A stretch of 64,000 bases of DNA from Schmidtea nova (taxonomy: Eukaryota), in NCBI GenBank assembly GCA_044892505.1, contig CM097883.1, forward strand, positions 198,958,001-199,022,000, written 5' to 3'. Positions within the stretch are counted from its first letter, which is position 1, and each line of letters opens with the position of its first letter. This document shows positions 36,301 through 48,089 of the stretch, one piece after another. The notes under the pieces are model-generated. The model saw only the letters and a list, made by a program, of their open reading frames with translations, did no database searches and was not told where the DNA came from. A program made the position numbers and the translations under genes.

Positions 36301-39300
36301 ACTAAATTTATTTAATTTAATTTTTCAAAATTCCTTCCAGATTTATTAATTCAATTCACTATTTTAAACAATCACAAAATAATAATAAATTCCAAAAATC
36401 AAATCGAATTAAATTCGAGTAAAATCCTGATTCCAAAGAGGTAACCTGCGCACACAGACGCGAGAACAAAATCAAAATTTTCAGCGCACACAGACGTGAA
36501 GGAAAATTTATAAATTGCGCACACAGACGCAGTAACAAACCAAAAGGTACAACGCGCACACATGGCTCAACATTGGAGCCACGATTAACCACATACACTA
36601 CCCATCCGACGAAGATTTAATCGAAGACCCCCCATATGACCCAAGCTCTGAGGTTTCCCAATCCCTATCCATTCCACATGCCGAACCATTTCGCGAGCTA
36701 TCTTCACACAACAGCATCCGCCGTCCTCCACAGTATCTCGCAGACTACCATCTCGATTTCCACTCCGACCCTTGATTACCCGTTTTCGTATTTCTCATAC
36801 GCTCCGCGTACTTCGGCGGGGGCTATTGTAGTACCTCCGTCATATATATCTTGATATTGTAATATATTAAATATATACATATATATTAAATTAAAAATAT
36901 GCTTATATATAACAAACAAATCAGAGTTGTTTAAATAATCAAATAAAACCAGCAGAATTTAAAATTAGAGAAAGAAAAAAGCATTTGCAGCATTTCAAAG
37001 TAGAAGAAAATAAAGTACTTTAAGAAAATGTATTCAGATATAGATTTGCAACCTGCTACTGTTGTAGCACTACAAAAACTCAGAGGTTTTTTCACGGATA
37101 CTAAAAAGAACAATCAATGTTACTTAAAAATAAATATTCTATTAGTGTTTATTTTGTATTTTATCTTTTATCCGATTAAGACAAATACAGAACGGGGTAC
37201 AGAAATCCAGAAGCCTACAATTTTTTTTATTTTTCTAGCACTTCAAAAATTTTTATTCTAAAATTTTTTATTCGAAACAAATTTCTATATTATTTTTTAT
37301 TATTTTAAAACGAAATTATTAGTAGGCTTTGTAAATTTTGATTAAAAGAGGTTTTTAATGTTTTCTAAAGCCTATTTTGCAGCAATAAGAGGATCATAAT
37401 TTTCATTAAAAACAGGTTTGGAAGTCTTAACATTAAAAATGAAAATTTCTGAAATAGAAGAAAAGATAATAGATGAAAAAAAATTAATTATGTAAATGGT
37501 AAATATTACTGAAGGCAAATCATCATGGAAAGATCACAGTTGCACAGCGTATAGAAATTGTTAAAATTTATCACAAAAATAATGAATCTATTCGGGTAAC
37601 GGTTCACGCATTACGTAAAATTTCGGTTACACGTAATCGGCCTTCAGAGCTTACTGTTTGTAGTTTATTCTTCAAATTAGACTCAAATAGTAATGTTTGT
37701 CATGTTAAAAATCCAACCCATCAAACATGTACACGTATTGCTGAAAACATCAATGCTGTCAACCAAAGTGTGAAGAAAATTCCAGAACAATCAATTAAAC
37801 GTCGTTCTCAAGAACTTCGATTTTTTATGGCACTACATCCAATATTCTTCATAAAAATTTGCATTTCAAGGCGTGTAAAATCCAGTTGACTGAAGAACTT
37901 TAACCAAATGACCACTTATTCATTGGAAAATTTGCAGATTGATCTTTAGAGCAACTTGAAACAGATTCATTATTTCATGAAAAAATCATCTTCAGTGACG
38001 AAGCTCATTTTTGGTTAAATTATTTGGTAAATAAATAAAATTGGCAATATCGGTGTGAAGAAAACTTAAAACACATTTACATCTACACAAATTAACATTT
38101 TCCTGTGGATAATCGTTAACTAAGTTAATTGGATCGTAATTTTTTGACAAAGAAAATGGCAATGACAAGACATGATTACTGATTATTATCTTTCATGAAT
38201 TGGTTGATTTTCATCTGAAGGATGTTTGGTTTCAACAAGATGGTGCAACATCAACATGCCATAAATCTCGTGACACAATAAACCTATTGAAAGAAAAGTT
38301 CCGTGACTCTGTAATCTCAAGGAATACCGATGTGATATGGCCACCAAGATTCATCGATATTGTACTTTTGTCTCTGGTTATGTGAAATCATTGGTTTACT
38401 TCACTAAACCGCAAACACTCAATAACCTTAAAAACATCATTATTAAAGTCATTGGTAATATAAGTTCCTTTTTAAGTGGGAAAATGATCAAAAATGGTGT
38501 TCCAGATTCGAATTTTTAAAAAAATTCAGAGGTTGTCATTTAATCATTTAGTCATTATCATTTTTTAAACAATTCCTTGAACCAATATTTAAAATTAAAA
38601 AAATCTCATTGATATCTTATGCCGTGTGGTTTTTATTTCTAACTAAAAATATAGGTTTTATTTCACAGCCATATAAATCAGTGGTTCTTAACATTTTTAG
38701 TTACTGGCAACCCTAAAGTTTTCAAATACTTATTCTCAAACACCTTACCCAAAATTATTACATTATATATGATAAAAAACAAACATAATAACATAATAAC
38801 ATAATTTATATTTAAATAGTTATTTATAGAAAATCTGGATCATTTAAAAAATATGCCCCGTTTTGTGCATATGTAAAAAGTAGGCCCCGAAATATTAAAA
38901 AAAAATAAATAAAAAATAAAAAAAGGAACCCATAAAAACAAGTTTTTAATGTAACTCTTTCTTTTTCTCATGTTCTCGGTTAATTTTATTGTTGTTTCAT
39001 TGTTTGGTAGTTTCTTGGCAACAGTAAATTGAAAAATCACATTGTTTCAAAAATTTTCAAAATTTTTCAATGGAATAATTTGTGGGCCACCACGAGTCTG
39101 CTCGCAATTTTTCAGATTGATTGGATATCGGGAAGTGGGTTAAAAATCCATCCAAAGTTTGACAAGAAAACAAACAGAAATTGGAAGTTAAAAGAAAACG
39201 TTAAATAAATTAAATTAAAGATTAACTAATATATATAATAATATATTAATTATTAAAAGAACCATTTATTAATTAATATATAATAATTAACTAATAATTA

Positions 39301-40368
39301 ATAAATAATAATTAATAATAATTAAATAATAATTAATAATAATTAATAATAATTAGTAAAAAATTAGTAATTAATAATAATTAATAATAATAATAATAAT
39401 TAATAATAATAATAATTAATAATAATAATTAATAAATAATAATTAATAATAATAATTAATTCACTCATTTAAATGAAACTTAAAATATATTTAATTATAT
39501 CTTTATTTAAACAAACGAATTATCATGTAAAAAGTATTAATTAACATGTAAAAGTATTAATTACCATATAAAAAGTGGCCCCGACGGGGCCTAGTTTTTA
39601 CATGATCCGAAAATCTTAATTCTTATCTGAAATACAAATTTATGGTTAATGACTTTTTTGTTGTTGCTTTTGTTCAGTTATACTTTTGAAATAACAACAC
39701 GCAAATCATCACTGGCATTAAGTCTATTTCTGGTACTTGTTTTTATATGTGCAAGTGACGAAAACTCCATCTCACACAAATACGTTGTAGCAAATGAAAC
39801 AAAATGCTTAAGTGAAAAAACAAGTGAAAATTCATAGGAGAAGATTTATATTCGTTTCTATGGCGATTTCTTTTGAATATTTTTTTTGTTTTTCACATAA
39901 ATTAATTTATCTTACATATTACAAAAGTTTTTAGTGGATAAAAATAATTCTTACTAACTAAAATGAACTTTTAAGTTTAGATTTTTATTTAACTAGCTTC
40001 ACTTAAATTAAATGTTGAATTTGTAACATTACAATTTGCATCCCCAGATATTCTAGCTCGAACTCCCAAGGAATGCTCGCACCATCGGTTAAGAACCACT
40101 ATTATAAATGATAAAGAGTCGAATGATTTCAAGACTTCATTTAATCGAGGATATTTAGGTTGGATTTAAACCAGCTGGGGGAATTCGAACCTATGATGAT
40201 GCATTGAACCTGATGAAGCTTGTCTATAATGTTCTTGGGAAAGCATATTTAGATAAATCATTGTTTCGAATGGGTTGCAGTTCATTGATAACGAGCCTTG
40301 AAAAACGCATTCTCACAATTCTTACTGGAAATAATTTTGTACACGAAATGGATATGATATTATCATAG
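27357..40368 (+). CDS. DERA: Deoxyribose-phosphate aldolase (spliced; 5' end unresolved)
   Basis: Phase-consistent GT-AG exons: 27357-27522 (ITWLLQAVSVCDMTTLMGDDS), 27569-27652 (SAAVCIYP), 34486-34620 (ATGFPSGQ...GATEIDIVINR), 34672-34913 (LKTILEVGQL...AGADFIKTSTGK) and 40159-40368 (VGFKPAGGIRT...FRMGCSSL...stop). Candidate first exon at ATG 27186-27239. Confidence 0.95.
28293..32198 (-). mobile_element. Internally rearranged piggyBac element in a DERA intron
   Basis: TTAA-CCCGCCGTTGGTCGCGC ... GCGCGACCAACAGCGGG-TTAA. Carries transposase C-terminus (VDRLKAEYSVLRVSFRWPL, LNVAGINSQIIY, CDFCQRKK) and a subterminal repeat array at 28430-28990. Confidence 0.93.
29230..31690 (-). repeat. Three tandem ~789-bp units (transposase 3' half plus 81-bp repeats)
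   Basis: ORFs recur at 29794/30583/31372 and 30386/31175 (period 789). Nested 81-bp repeats translate as NNRILHTTFQSIFEPYLVRKTIHIINP. Confidence 0.92.
33888..34105 (+). repeat. Possible solo LTR
   Basis: Starts TGTTA and ends CAACA, with internal TATATAAA and AATAAA. No matching TSD found. Confidence 0.3.
34934..35463 (+). mobile_element. Non-autonomous Buster/Charlie-type hAT element
   Basis: CAGTGGTTCT ... AGAACCACT termini; left target CTCTAGAT has a central TA. Internal dimerisation-domain fragment SNLSESGFSAL...ENELRVCLS. Confidence 0.8.
35520..36914 (+). mobile_element. 3' end of a Gypsy element (integrase C-terminus, PPT, 88-bp LTR) interrupted by foreign sequence
   Basis: LKPRYKGPFPVIKLYKNTAQLHIDGAPHIISLNRF at 35632-35800. 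Purine tract GGCGGGGGC precedes TGTAGTA...ATATAACA (36827-36914). Confidence 0.7.
35872..36247 (-). pseudogene. DEAD-box RNA helicase C-terminal domain fragment (DDX43/DDX5-like)
   Basis: KIIIFVTRK (motif IV), AIHGDLDQQGRE, IATDVASRGLDIPD (motif V) and GRTGRA (motif VI). The linker between V and VI is missing, and there is no N-terminal domain. Confidence 0.88.
37600..38560 (+). pseudogene. Decayed mariner-like (DD41D/rosa-type) transposase
   Basis: IIFSDEAHFWL, WFQQDGAT, VIWPPR and GYVKSLVYFTKPQT; many stops and frameshifts. Confidence 0.85.
38679..40101 (-). mobile_element. Non-autonomous Buster-type hAT element with nested insert
   Basis: CAGTGGTTCTTAAC ... GTTAAGAACCACTA termini; TSD ATATAAAT/TTATAAAT. 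Minus-strand fragment FATTYLCEMEFSSL...NRLNASDDLRV at 39650-39815. Confidence 0.85.
38830..39594 (+). mobile_element. Helitron/HINE-like non-autonomous insert with an (AAT)n tract
   Basis: Ends in a perfect palindrome GGCCCCG-A-CGGGGCC overlapping CTAG|T (39577-39595), and contains an (AAT)n/(AATT)n tract at 39290-39440. 5' end approximate. Confidence 0.45.
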
Positions 40369-41315
40369 ATACGATTTAGTCAGGAATAGAATTTGATTCT
40401 TTTTGTTTCTTTGTTATTTAAATTATGATAAAAAATACATCATGAATCTTAATCAAGTTTATAATAATAAAATTTAATTATTATGATTCTAATTTTTCAG
40501 AGTCGTATTTATGTTTTCTTTTAAAAACTCACACACACACACTCTGTTGTGCAGGATTTACCTCAATCACATGAATCAATTAAAAAAATTTGTATTTGTC
40601 AATGAAAATTTACTCGTTAAATTTTTTTTCATTATTTCATTACTTATCTTCATTTATTGTTCGCTTTATAAGGTTAACTTTTAAATTTAATTTATATTTT
40701 TTTTAACTATTTGCTATTATATTTAGCAAAACTATCTGTGTATCCATCAAGGTGCCACCCTGAGGGTTATTGCACTAATTTATTGTTTAAAACAATTAAA
40801 TTTATTTTAATTCTATTTTTTATCTTATCTCTGATTTTAACGATATTTTTATGGGATTTTTACTATAACTTTTAATATATTTGTTGGGGGTTTTCTAAAA
40901 AAGTGCAAAAACTATTTGAAAATCATTAAAAACCTGAAAATTCAAATAACAATTAAAGTACAAAAATTAATTAAAAATAAAGATTTGGCAAAGAAGCCGG
41001 TAGTAAGAAAAATATTAATTAAGAAAAATTTATTACTTAATTGTAAGTCTGAGCCAATGGGAAACCCTAACAGTGTGAGAAACCCGAGTTGTCAATTAAT
41101 AAATTTGATCGGCAAATAAAATTGAATCATCATAGACGTGTCAGGAAATCCTGAAATAAAAGAAAACCTGAAGTGAACAACAAAATAATATAATCACCCT
41201 AAACAAATTAGTCAAGAATCCGAGATGTAGGGGTAATCTAAATATCTGCAAAATTAATTTGCTGTAGAAACTCGAAGAACCGCAATGGAATTGAAAATAT
41301 CAAATTAATAAAATA

Positions 41316-41675
41316 CGTGGTGCGGTCAAAAAATTTCCGGCCTACCCCAGAAAAAAGTAAAACCAAGAAACCACAACTATATTTTTATCAACACCAATAC
41401 CATTACTTCTCGAACCAATTACCTCCGGCATCGACACACTTCTGCCAACGACCAGGGAGGGCTTCGAATGCCCCGTGGTAGAATGAGGGTGGAAGCTGGA
41501 CAAAAATCCGATTTACAGCCTCCTCTAAATCGCCTGCATCCATGTAATACTGTCCCCGCAGTTGCTTCTTCAATTCCGTAAATAGGCAGTAATCTGAGGG
41601 AGCCAAATCAGGGCTGTATGGAGGGTGGCTAATGATCTCGAAGCCAAAGTCATTGAGTTTTGCCTGGGCACACAA
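41316..41675 (-). mobile_element. Mariner (DD34D-type) 3' fragment with terminal repeat
   Basis: HPPYSPDLAPSDYCLF...RWQKCVDAGGNWFEK; terminus TA|CGTGGTGCGGTCAAAAAATTTCCGG at 41314-41340. Confidence 0.9.
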
Positions 41676-41679
41676 AAGA

Positions 41680-43330
41680 AGTAAATAGACGAGTTACTTT
41701 GTCAGTTGGTCGAAGAGATTTAAAAATTTTAGAAGAGTACATATAAGTGTCAATAACCAGTATAAAGTTTTGTGATAAATCAGTAAAAGTTATTGTGCTG
41801 GGTATTTTATTCGTTGTTAAATAAAGAGTTAATTCCGACTTTGAAAATAAACCCAACATATTATATTGATTATTATACTACTATTTTTACATTCATTCTC
41901 TTTCGTATTTTTATTATCTTTTCCTACTCCAAATGTTTGTGGTCTTTTCTATGGAAATTCAACCTTCAATAAAATTGTGTGCTCTCTTTTGAGATGCCTT
42001 TTTCATTATTTTCCCTATGTTGATCGACTCATGGAATTCAGCCTGCATGTAATAATTATGCTGGTGCTTGCTATCTATTGCGTTTTATAACTTTAATTTA
42101 TCATTTTATTGATCCTCTTGTATTGTGTTATACTTTGTACTATTTGATGTTTTCGTTGATTTTTGAATTAACTTATTGCTGTGCGTGTGTATATTTGAAG
42201 TACTTAAACAAATTAAAAATTCTTCTTCTGTCAGCCTCAATCACTACGAGACTAGTTAAAATTGCGTCTGCATTCTATTTAGACATGACCCTTAACACCA
42301 AAGTCAATTACATTAACACTATCCTATACATATACTATTATATATTTATGCATATTAGAATTCAAATTAGGGTTTAATGTCAGAAATTTAAGATAAGCAT
42401 TGGTTAAAAAAGGTAACCGGTAAGCTGCATATATAATTCAAATGCATATTTCAGTTTTTTATTAAAATTCACATAATTATTTAGTTTTTGGATCAGTTCA
42501 CCGTTTTAAGGTTCGATTTTCTGTTTCACTATCTTTGTAATTAATTTTCGAGTGTACAGGTTGACGATTGAATTTTATCTGCGTCCAAATATCGGTTTAA
42601 TATCTTTTGTACGTTATTGTTGGTTAAATTTATCGTAATCCTTGTACTTTTGAGATATTTGGGTTCATAAACAATCTCTGTTTACTTCCAAAGAGTTTTA
42701 AGTTGATACTATTTCTTTTCGTTCTGATCTGATAGACTGAAAAGTCTACCTCCAATACGGCTTTTACTTTGATTCAATAAAGGTTTTCATTGAATCTGAT
42801 AAGGTTTACAGTTTTCACATGACTTTCATATTATTCTAAGGGTATTTCCGTTAATTTAGAAATCTTCCGTATTGATTGAACTTGGTATTGTTTGGGTTTG
42901 ATGGTTCTTTTATTGAATCTTAAATATAGAATGCTTGATCTGTTTTTTATTCTGGTTAATCTGATTCTCCTTGAGATTTGGGTTCAATTTTTGATGTCTT
43001 TACGTGTTGTTTGATCGATTATTTTGACGATATTTTGTTCCATTTTTTGTTTTTGAACTATGTATGCATTGAATGGCATATATCCATTTCATTATTGGTA
43101 CATCCGTTTATAATTTTTACTTTTTGAATATTGGTACAATTTGACTACTTATACATTGAATTGATTTCATTATTTACTATTTATCCACAGCAATCCTTCC
43201 TACTATTCAATCTCAACCACGTCCCAGTTCGTGGTGAAAGTTTACTTTTTCTCAACTATTTTTGTTACCTCGGTATATTCTGGCGTCAACTCTTGATTCT
43301 TTTGATTATCCTTTTTTCAAAAGACATGTT
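41680..43330 (-). mobile_element. Decayed Penelope-like element (RT thumb and GIY-YIG region followed by a possible 5' part)
   Basis: Degenerate GIY-YIG-like stretch (..YQIQ*K....ESKSRIGGRL) at about 42740-42810, with A-rich coding-like flanks. Homology is weak. Confidence 0.5.
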
Positions 43331-43494
43331 CGGGTGATAATAGTTTATTCTTTAAGTTGACTATTATTGTTAATTGTTCATTGATTTTCAATTGTTTGTC
43401 TTACATTGAGCAGTTGAGCTGTCGAAATTTATTGCAAAAATATATTTTAAAAAACGGTGTTCTTTTAATTTGAATAAATTGTCATTTTTATTTA

Positions 43495-43534
43495 ATAGTT
43501 TATTATTATTATTATTATTATTTTTTTTTTTTTA

Positions 43535-43569
<35 letters not shown>

Positions 43570-43580
43570 TTTTTTTTTTT
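43495..43580. repeat. (TAT)n and poly-T microsatellite
   Basis: Direct inspection. Confidence 0.9.
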
Positions 43581-43584
43581 AACT

Positions 43585-43695
43585 TTACTTGTTCATCACT
43601 AATAAATTCCATGCATCCCATTATTCTATATCTGCCTGTCTTAAAGTATATTATTGGATACTTTCCCCTTCTATCTACAATGTTTTGTGGAATTT
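43585..43695 (-). pseudogene. Second, partial copy of the TBP-like sequence
   Basis: IPQNIVDRRGKYPIIYFKTGRYRIMGCMEFISDEQVK versus KPQQIIDRSGNYPIIYFKTRRFRIMGCKEFISDEKVK in the first copy. Confidence 0.75.
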
Positions 43696-44517
43696 AAAAA
43701 TTATGATTAATTTGTTTAAAAGAATCTATTTATTTGATCTATATTGGAATGTTTGACTGAAAAGCATCTGATAATGAGAAGGATTTTCTCGAAATAAATT
43801 GTGTGGAATATAATTTTGAATTGGTGCTTTTTTAAATTTTTTTTTAAATAAACAAATTAAATTAAATACTATGAAGATTATCAAAATTATGCTTGAAATT
43901 AAAAAAGGGAAAGAATTAAAAAATAAAACTGAAAATATTTCGATGAGACTAATCCCAATTGAAATGATGTTAGTTTTAATTCTTTCACAAAAACAATGCA
44001 AAAAATTGAGTTAAATTAAAAACATTTGTTGATATTACGTTTACAAGAATTAAAAAAGGAAATCGCAAACAGCAGATCAAATGTGAAAAAGATAAAAATT
44101 TTCAATGATAGATTAAAGTTAATTAAATTGTGCATTGTCACATTAATTAGTCAGGTTTCCACTTGAAAATTTAATTTAATTTCGTGGGAAAATTTTTTCA
44201 TTGGAAATGAAAACATTTTTCAGGGTAACAAACACTAGGTAAATTAAACAATTTTTGTTGATTGTAAATTAAGTAATAAATTAAGCACTACTCCATTTAT
44301 TATGACAGCTGATTGTAATTATAACAAATAAGATCAAATAAAAAACCATGCAGTATTGTGGCAATGACGATTTTGTTATTCACAATTATACATAAATTCC
44401 AAATGCTTGCACCACAATATGCCAATTAGTCTTTCCTTTCTACACAGGCCGTAAGCACCAAAAACGAGAACGTCCAGTATAAATTAATCGAATTGCTCCC
44501 TATTTCTTATTATCAGC

Positions 44518-44802
44518 ATGTCTCTTTTGTCATATTTAGTAATATTTACTATTTTTCTCAATTATATTTCGGCCGATGAATTTTTTGGTTATGGTTACAA
44601 GGATGCTAATGGTAGATTTATAACTATTTAATTATCCATACCAATATTAAACATGCTTTGTATTAGGGAAACCCTTTGTTAAAATTGCCGATCGGATTTT
44701 TGAGGCCGAAACTGCTCGCGAAGTCAAAGTGAGTATAAACTCTCAATGCTACAGATGCAATATTAAACCTGCACAAGTTAAACCTTCGTATGAATGTGAA
44801 GG
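44518..44802 (+). CDS. Orphan secreted protein, exons 1-2
   Basis: TATAAA at 44478. Exon 44518-44611 (MSLLSYLVIFTIFLNYISA-DEFFGYGYKDAN), a 55-nt GT-AG intron, then exon 44667-44802 (GKPFVKIADRIFE...QCYRCNIKPAQVKPSYECEG). 3' end unresolved. Confidence 0.65.
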
Positions 44803-45529
44803 GTTAGTTTATAATTGAATTATCTTTTATATTCTCATTTTTTATTTTACAAGGTAAATTGTAGTTCAATATTAATGGAAATTATTCTTTTTATATTTTT
44901 TATCGTTTTATGATTAAATAACTTTCTGGTTTAAGTCACATCAATAATATAAAAACTTTTGAATTAAAGAAATTAATTAATATACCCTCCGTTACAAAAA
45001 ACTGTCAGATTTTGTCCAAAAAATCTTAAGCCTGACAAAAGAACCAATTAAGCAGTATAGACAAAATCCCTTAAAACCATTGTATAATGGTTCATCATAT
45101 AATAAATAGTATGCGGGACACCTAATAAAAATTATCCTTTTAAATAGAACAATTTTTATTGAACTAAAATTTTTTGATAGATTGGACATTTTTATTAGAA
45201 TNNNNNNNNNNNNNNNNNNNNNNNNNNNNNNNNNNNNNNNNNNNNNNNNNNNNNNNNNNNNNNNNNNNNNNNNNNNNNNNNNNNNNNNNNNNNNNNNNNN
45301 NNNNNNNNNNNNNNNNNNNNNNNNNNNNNNNNNNNNNNNNNNNNNNNNNNNNNNNNNNNNNNNNNNNNNNNNNNNNNNNNNNNNNNNNNNNNNNNNNNNN
45401 NNNNNNNNNNNNNNNNNNNNNNNNNNNNNNNNNNNNNNNNNNNNNNNNNNNNNNNNNNNNNNNNNNNNNNNNNNNNNNNNNNNNNNNNNNNNNNNNNNNN
45501 NNNNNNNNNNNNNNNNNNNNNNNNNATAG

Positions 45530-46890
45530 TAAAAAATAAAAAAACTACTAAGTTAAAAAATAGAATAGCACAGTAAAAAAATTAAATTAACAGTAGAAAA
45601 TGACTATTTTCATTGTAAAAAATATTTTTTTCACAGTTAAATAAAATTATGGTCAATTAATTGTGTATAGTATATAATTATTTTTAACATTATAAATAAT
45701 AAATAAACACACAGTAATTTTTTTTATTTAGTTTAACATGAAAAATAATGTAATTATAATGACTTAATATAAAAATAATAAAAAAGTAATAAAAAAGTAA
45801 TAATATTAATGACATTGACATAGTAAAATGACATTTAATGGACAACAAGCGCCTTTGAAATTTTTTTGGTCGTCCAAGATTGTTAGATATTTTAGCCTCA
45901 GTCCACCAAATGTTTGCATTGCATTTTTTTATTAATGCAGGTTAATTGCAATTACCATAAGTTCAGTTTTCTTTGATATTATGCTTTGGTAATTCTACGG
46001 TCCAAGTCGATGAATCATATCACAAAATCTTCATAAGTTGTCCAATCTTCAGGTTTCAAAGTTTCAGATAATAAAATATTTTTTTTAAGTTTCGTTATTA
46101 ACAATATTATTGGAATCAGATTCAGTTGAATATTCCAGAATTTGTGAAGCCATCACCCTTTAGTAACGTCAACTTTGATTTTTTCTATTTTATTTTTACA
46201 GCTTAAAAGTAACAAAATAGACATCAAATAGAAATCAAAATTTAAACAAGAAATTTGTTTGTAAAAATTTCTAATAATTCTTGTTTTATTTGCTGGTGCC
46301 TTTCAGATTTATTTACTGTGAAATTATAATTTTTACTGTGTTTTTATTTTTTCACTGTGAATTTACATTATTTAATGAGAGAATGAATGCGAATAGAAAT
46401 TTCATTATGAATTTAATACTGAATTTTAATTACAGTAATCCCTCGATTATGGCAATTAATTGGTTTTCTGAAAGTGCCGCCCTAATCGAAGTTAATAATC
46501 AATACAAAATATTTCAGCTTTCAGATTCGATTAATAAGAAATTTAGTTGCAGTTTGGTTTAGCATAATTATTGTACAATTTTAAGTGCACATTCATGAAT
46601 TTCAAATATAGTTACTTTTTTTTAAAAAATCCGTACTAATTCAAATTTTTGATCAGCCCTAATTGGGAATTGATAACTAATAAAAATCCATACGAAATCG
46701 AATTCCGCACTAATCAAAGGATTCCTGTACTGTGTTTTTAATTTTTACTGTGCGTTTAATTGTCAGTGATATATTATTAGAATACTTGTTTAATAATTAT
46801 TTTATCGTTAGAAGATTATTAAAATAATGAATTTAAAAGTGTTTAGCCTTTTTCCGCAATGTTTACTTAGAAAAAATATTTCTATCCCTG
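45530..46890 (-). mobile_element. Probable MULE relic (SWIM-finger C-terminus)
   Basis: CACAGTAAAAA motifs on the left and TTTTACTGTG on the right. Minus-strand WTVELPKHN...GNCN...GLRLK...SKALVVH fragment at 45830-46040. Confidence 0.45.
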
Positions 46891-47081
46891 ANNNNNNNNN
46901 NNNNNNNNNNNNNNNNNNNNNNNNNNNNNNNNNNNNNNNNNNNNNNNNNNNNNNNNNNNNNNNNNNNNNNNNNNNNNNNNNNNNNNNNNNNNNNNNNNNN
47001 NNNNNNNNNNNNNNNNNNNNNNNNNNNNNAAAGTTGTGTTGAATAGAATAGATTTTTCATTGATGTGCTGTCACATCCTAG

Positions 47082-47484
47082 GAGATCTTATGTTTCAAAG
47101 CAACAATTATGAACCAGTATGTCGTGAAAAAAAATTTCGGCGTCGCTAAAGTTTTTGTAAAATGTAATTGAATGAATTTATCTATTGAAACAATATTAGA
47201 ATTTTGGAATTAATATTTATTTCATTAAATATTAATTTTGAAAAGTCACTAGCACAAGTTAACCTATAACATGGAATGTAATACCAACAGTAAATATTTA
47301 TGTATGTGGGATTTTTAACTGCAAATTTTCTCTCTTTACTGGTTTATCTAAACTGTTTCAAATATTTCTCATACATATTTTAGGATTTGAGAAAGCACCA
47401 AATAGAGCCAGAACTCTAAACGGTACTATTGGGAATCGTTTGCAACAAATTGAGAGCGCACCCTTTGGAGCTAATCCACATTAA
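47082..47484 (+). CDS. Three phase-compatible 3' exons of an unknown gene (possibly the gene starting at 44518)
   Basis: Exons 47082-47116, 47253-47289 and 47384-47484 with GTATGT/GTAAAT donors and TAG acceptors give GDLMFQSNNYEP-HKLTYNMECNTN-RFEKAPNRARTLNGTIGNRLQQIESAPFGANPH*. Confidence 0.55.
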
Positions 47485-48089
47485 AGGGTTAAGTGTGTCA
47501 CTTATACAAAAATGTTGAGGACCTCGGTTGGTTTTAAAAGATTAGTTGAACTTCATTGAAGAATCAGCAGAACGAATAACTTTTAATTTACAAAAATTTT
47601 AAAAATATCTGATAAAAATTTTAAAAATATTTGATCTTAAAGCACATTCAGAGTTAACAGTAGTCAATAACTAATTCATATATTTATTTATAAACAAAAA
47701 TCCCATAATTCATCGACGGCATTCTAAATGTCACCCGAAATAAAACGAAATAATAATAGAATAATTCACAACAACTGAAATAATAATTATTGTAATAATA
47801 TTGGCTGTTAACCACATGTTTTATTGTTCAAGTATTTTTAATAATTAATCATAATTTTATTTTTCTCACTAATTAATATTGTTTTGACCAGTGGATTATT
47901 AATTGCAAACTTAAACATAGCTAATTTATTAAATCAAACATGGGCGGCTAAATCTTGTCAGCAAAATTATGTTCCAAAAATAAATAAATATCAATGAAAA
48001 TGGCATTAACTCGCTTATTTTTAGATCAATATTTTTGGAATTTAAAAAGGAAATTATGCATGAAATCTAAACAGTTTATGCTTATAAGG

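Noticed and set aside
36606-36626. CCGACGA-AGAT-TTA-ATC-GAAG resembling a minimal hammerhead ribozyme core
   Set aside because: It deviates at conserved core positions, lacks stems I and III, and sits in Gypsy sequence.
40177-40191. GGGGGAATTCGAACC resembling a reverse-strand tRNA B-box
   Set aside because: It lies inside the DERA exon encoding AGGIRT, and no cloverleaf is present.
45174-45539. ORFs spanning N runs (also 11721, 11783, 46827, 46863 and 52054-53053)
   Set aside because: They are open only because of assembly gaps.
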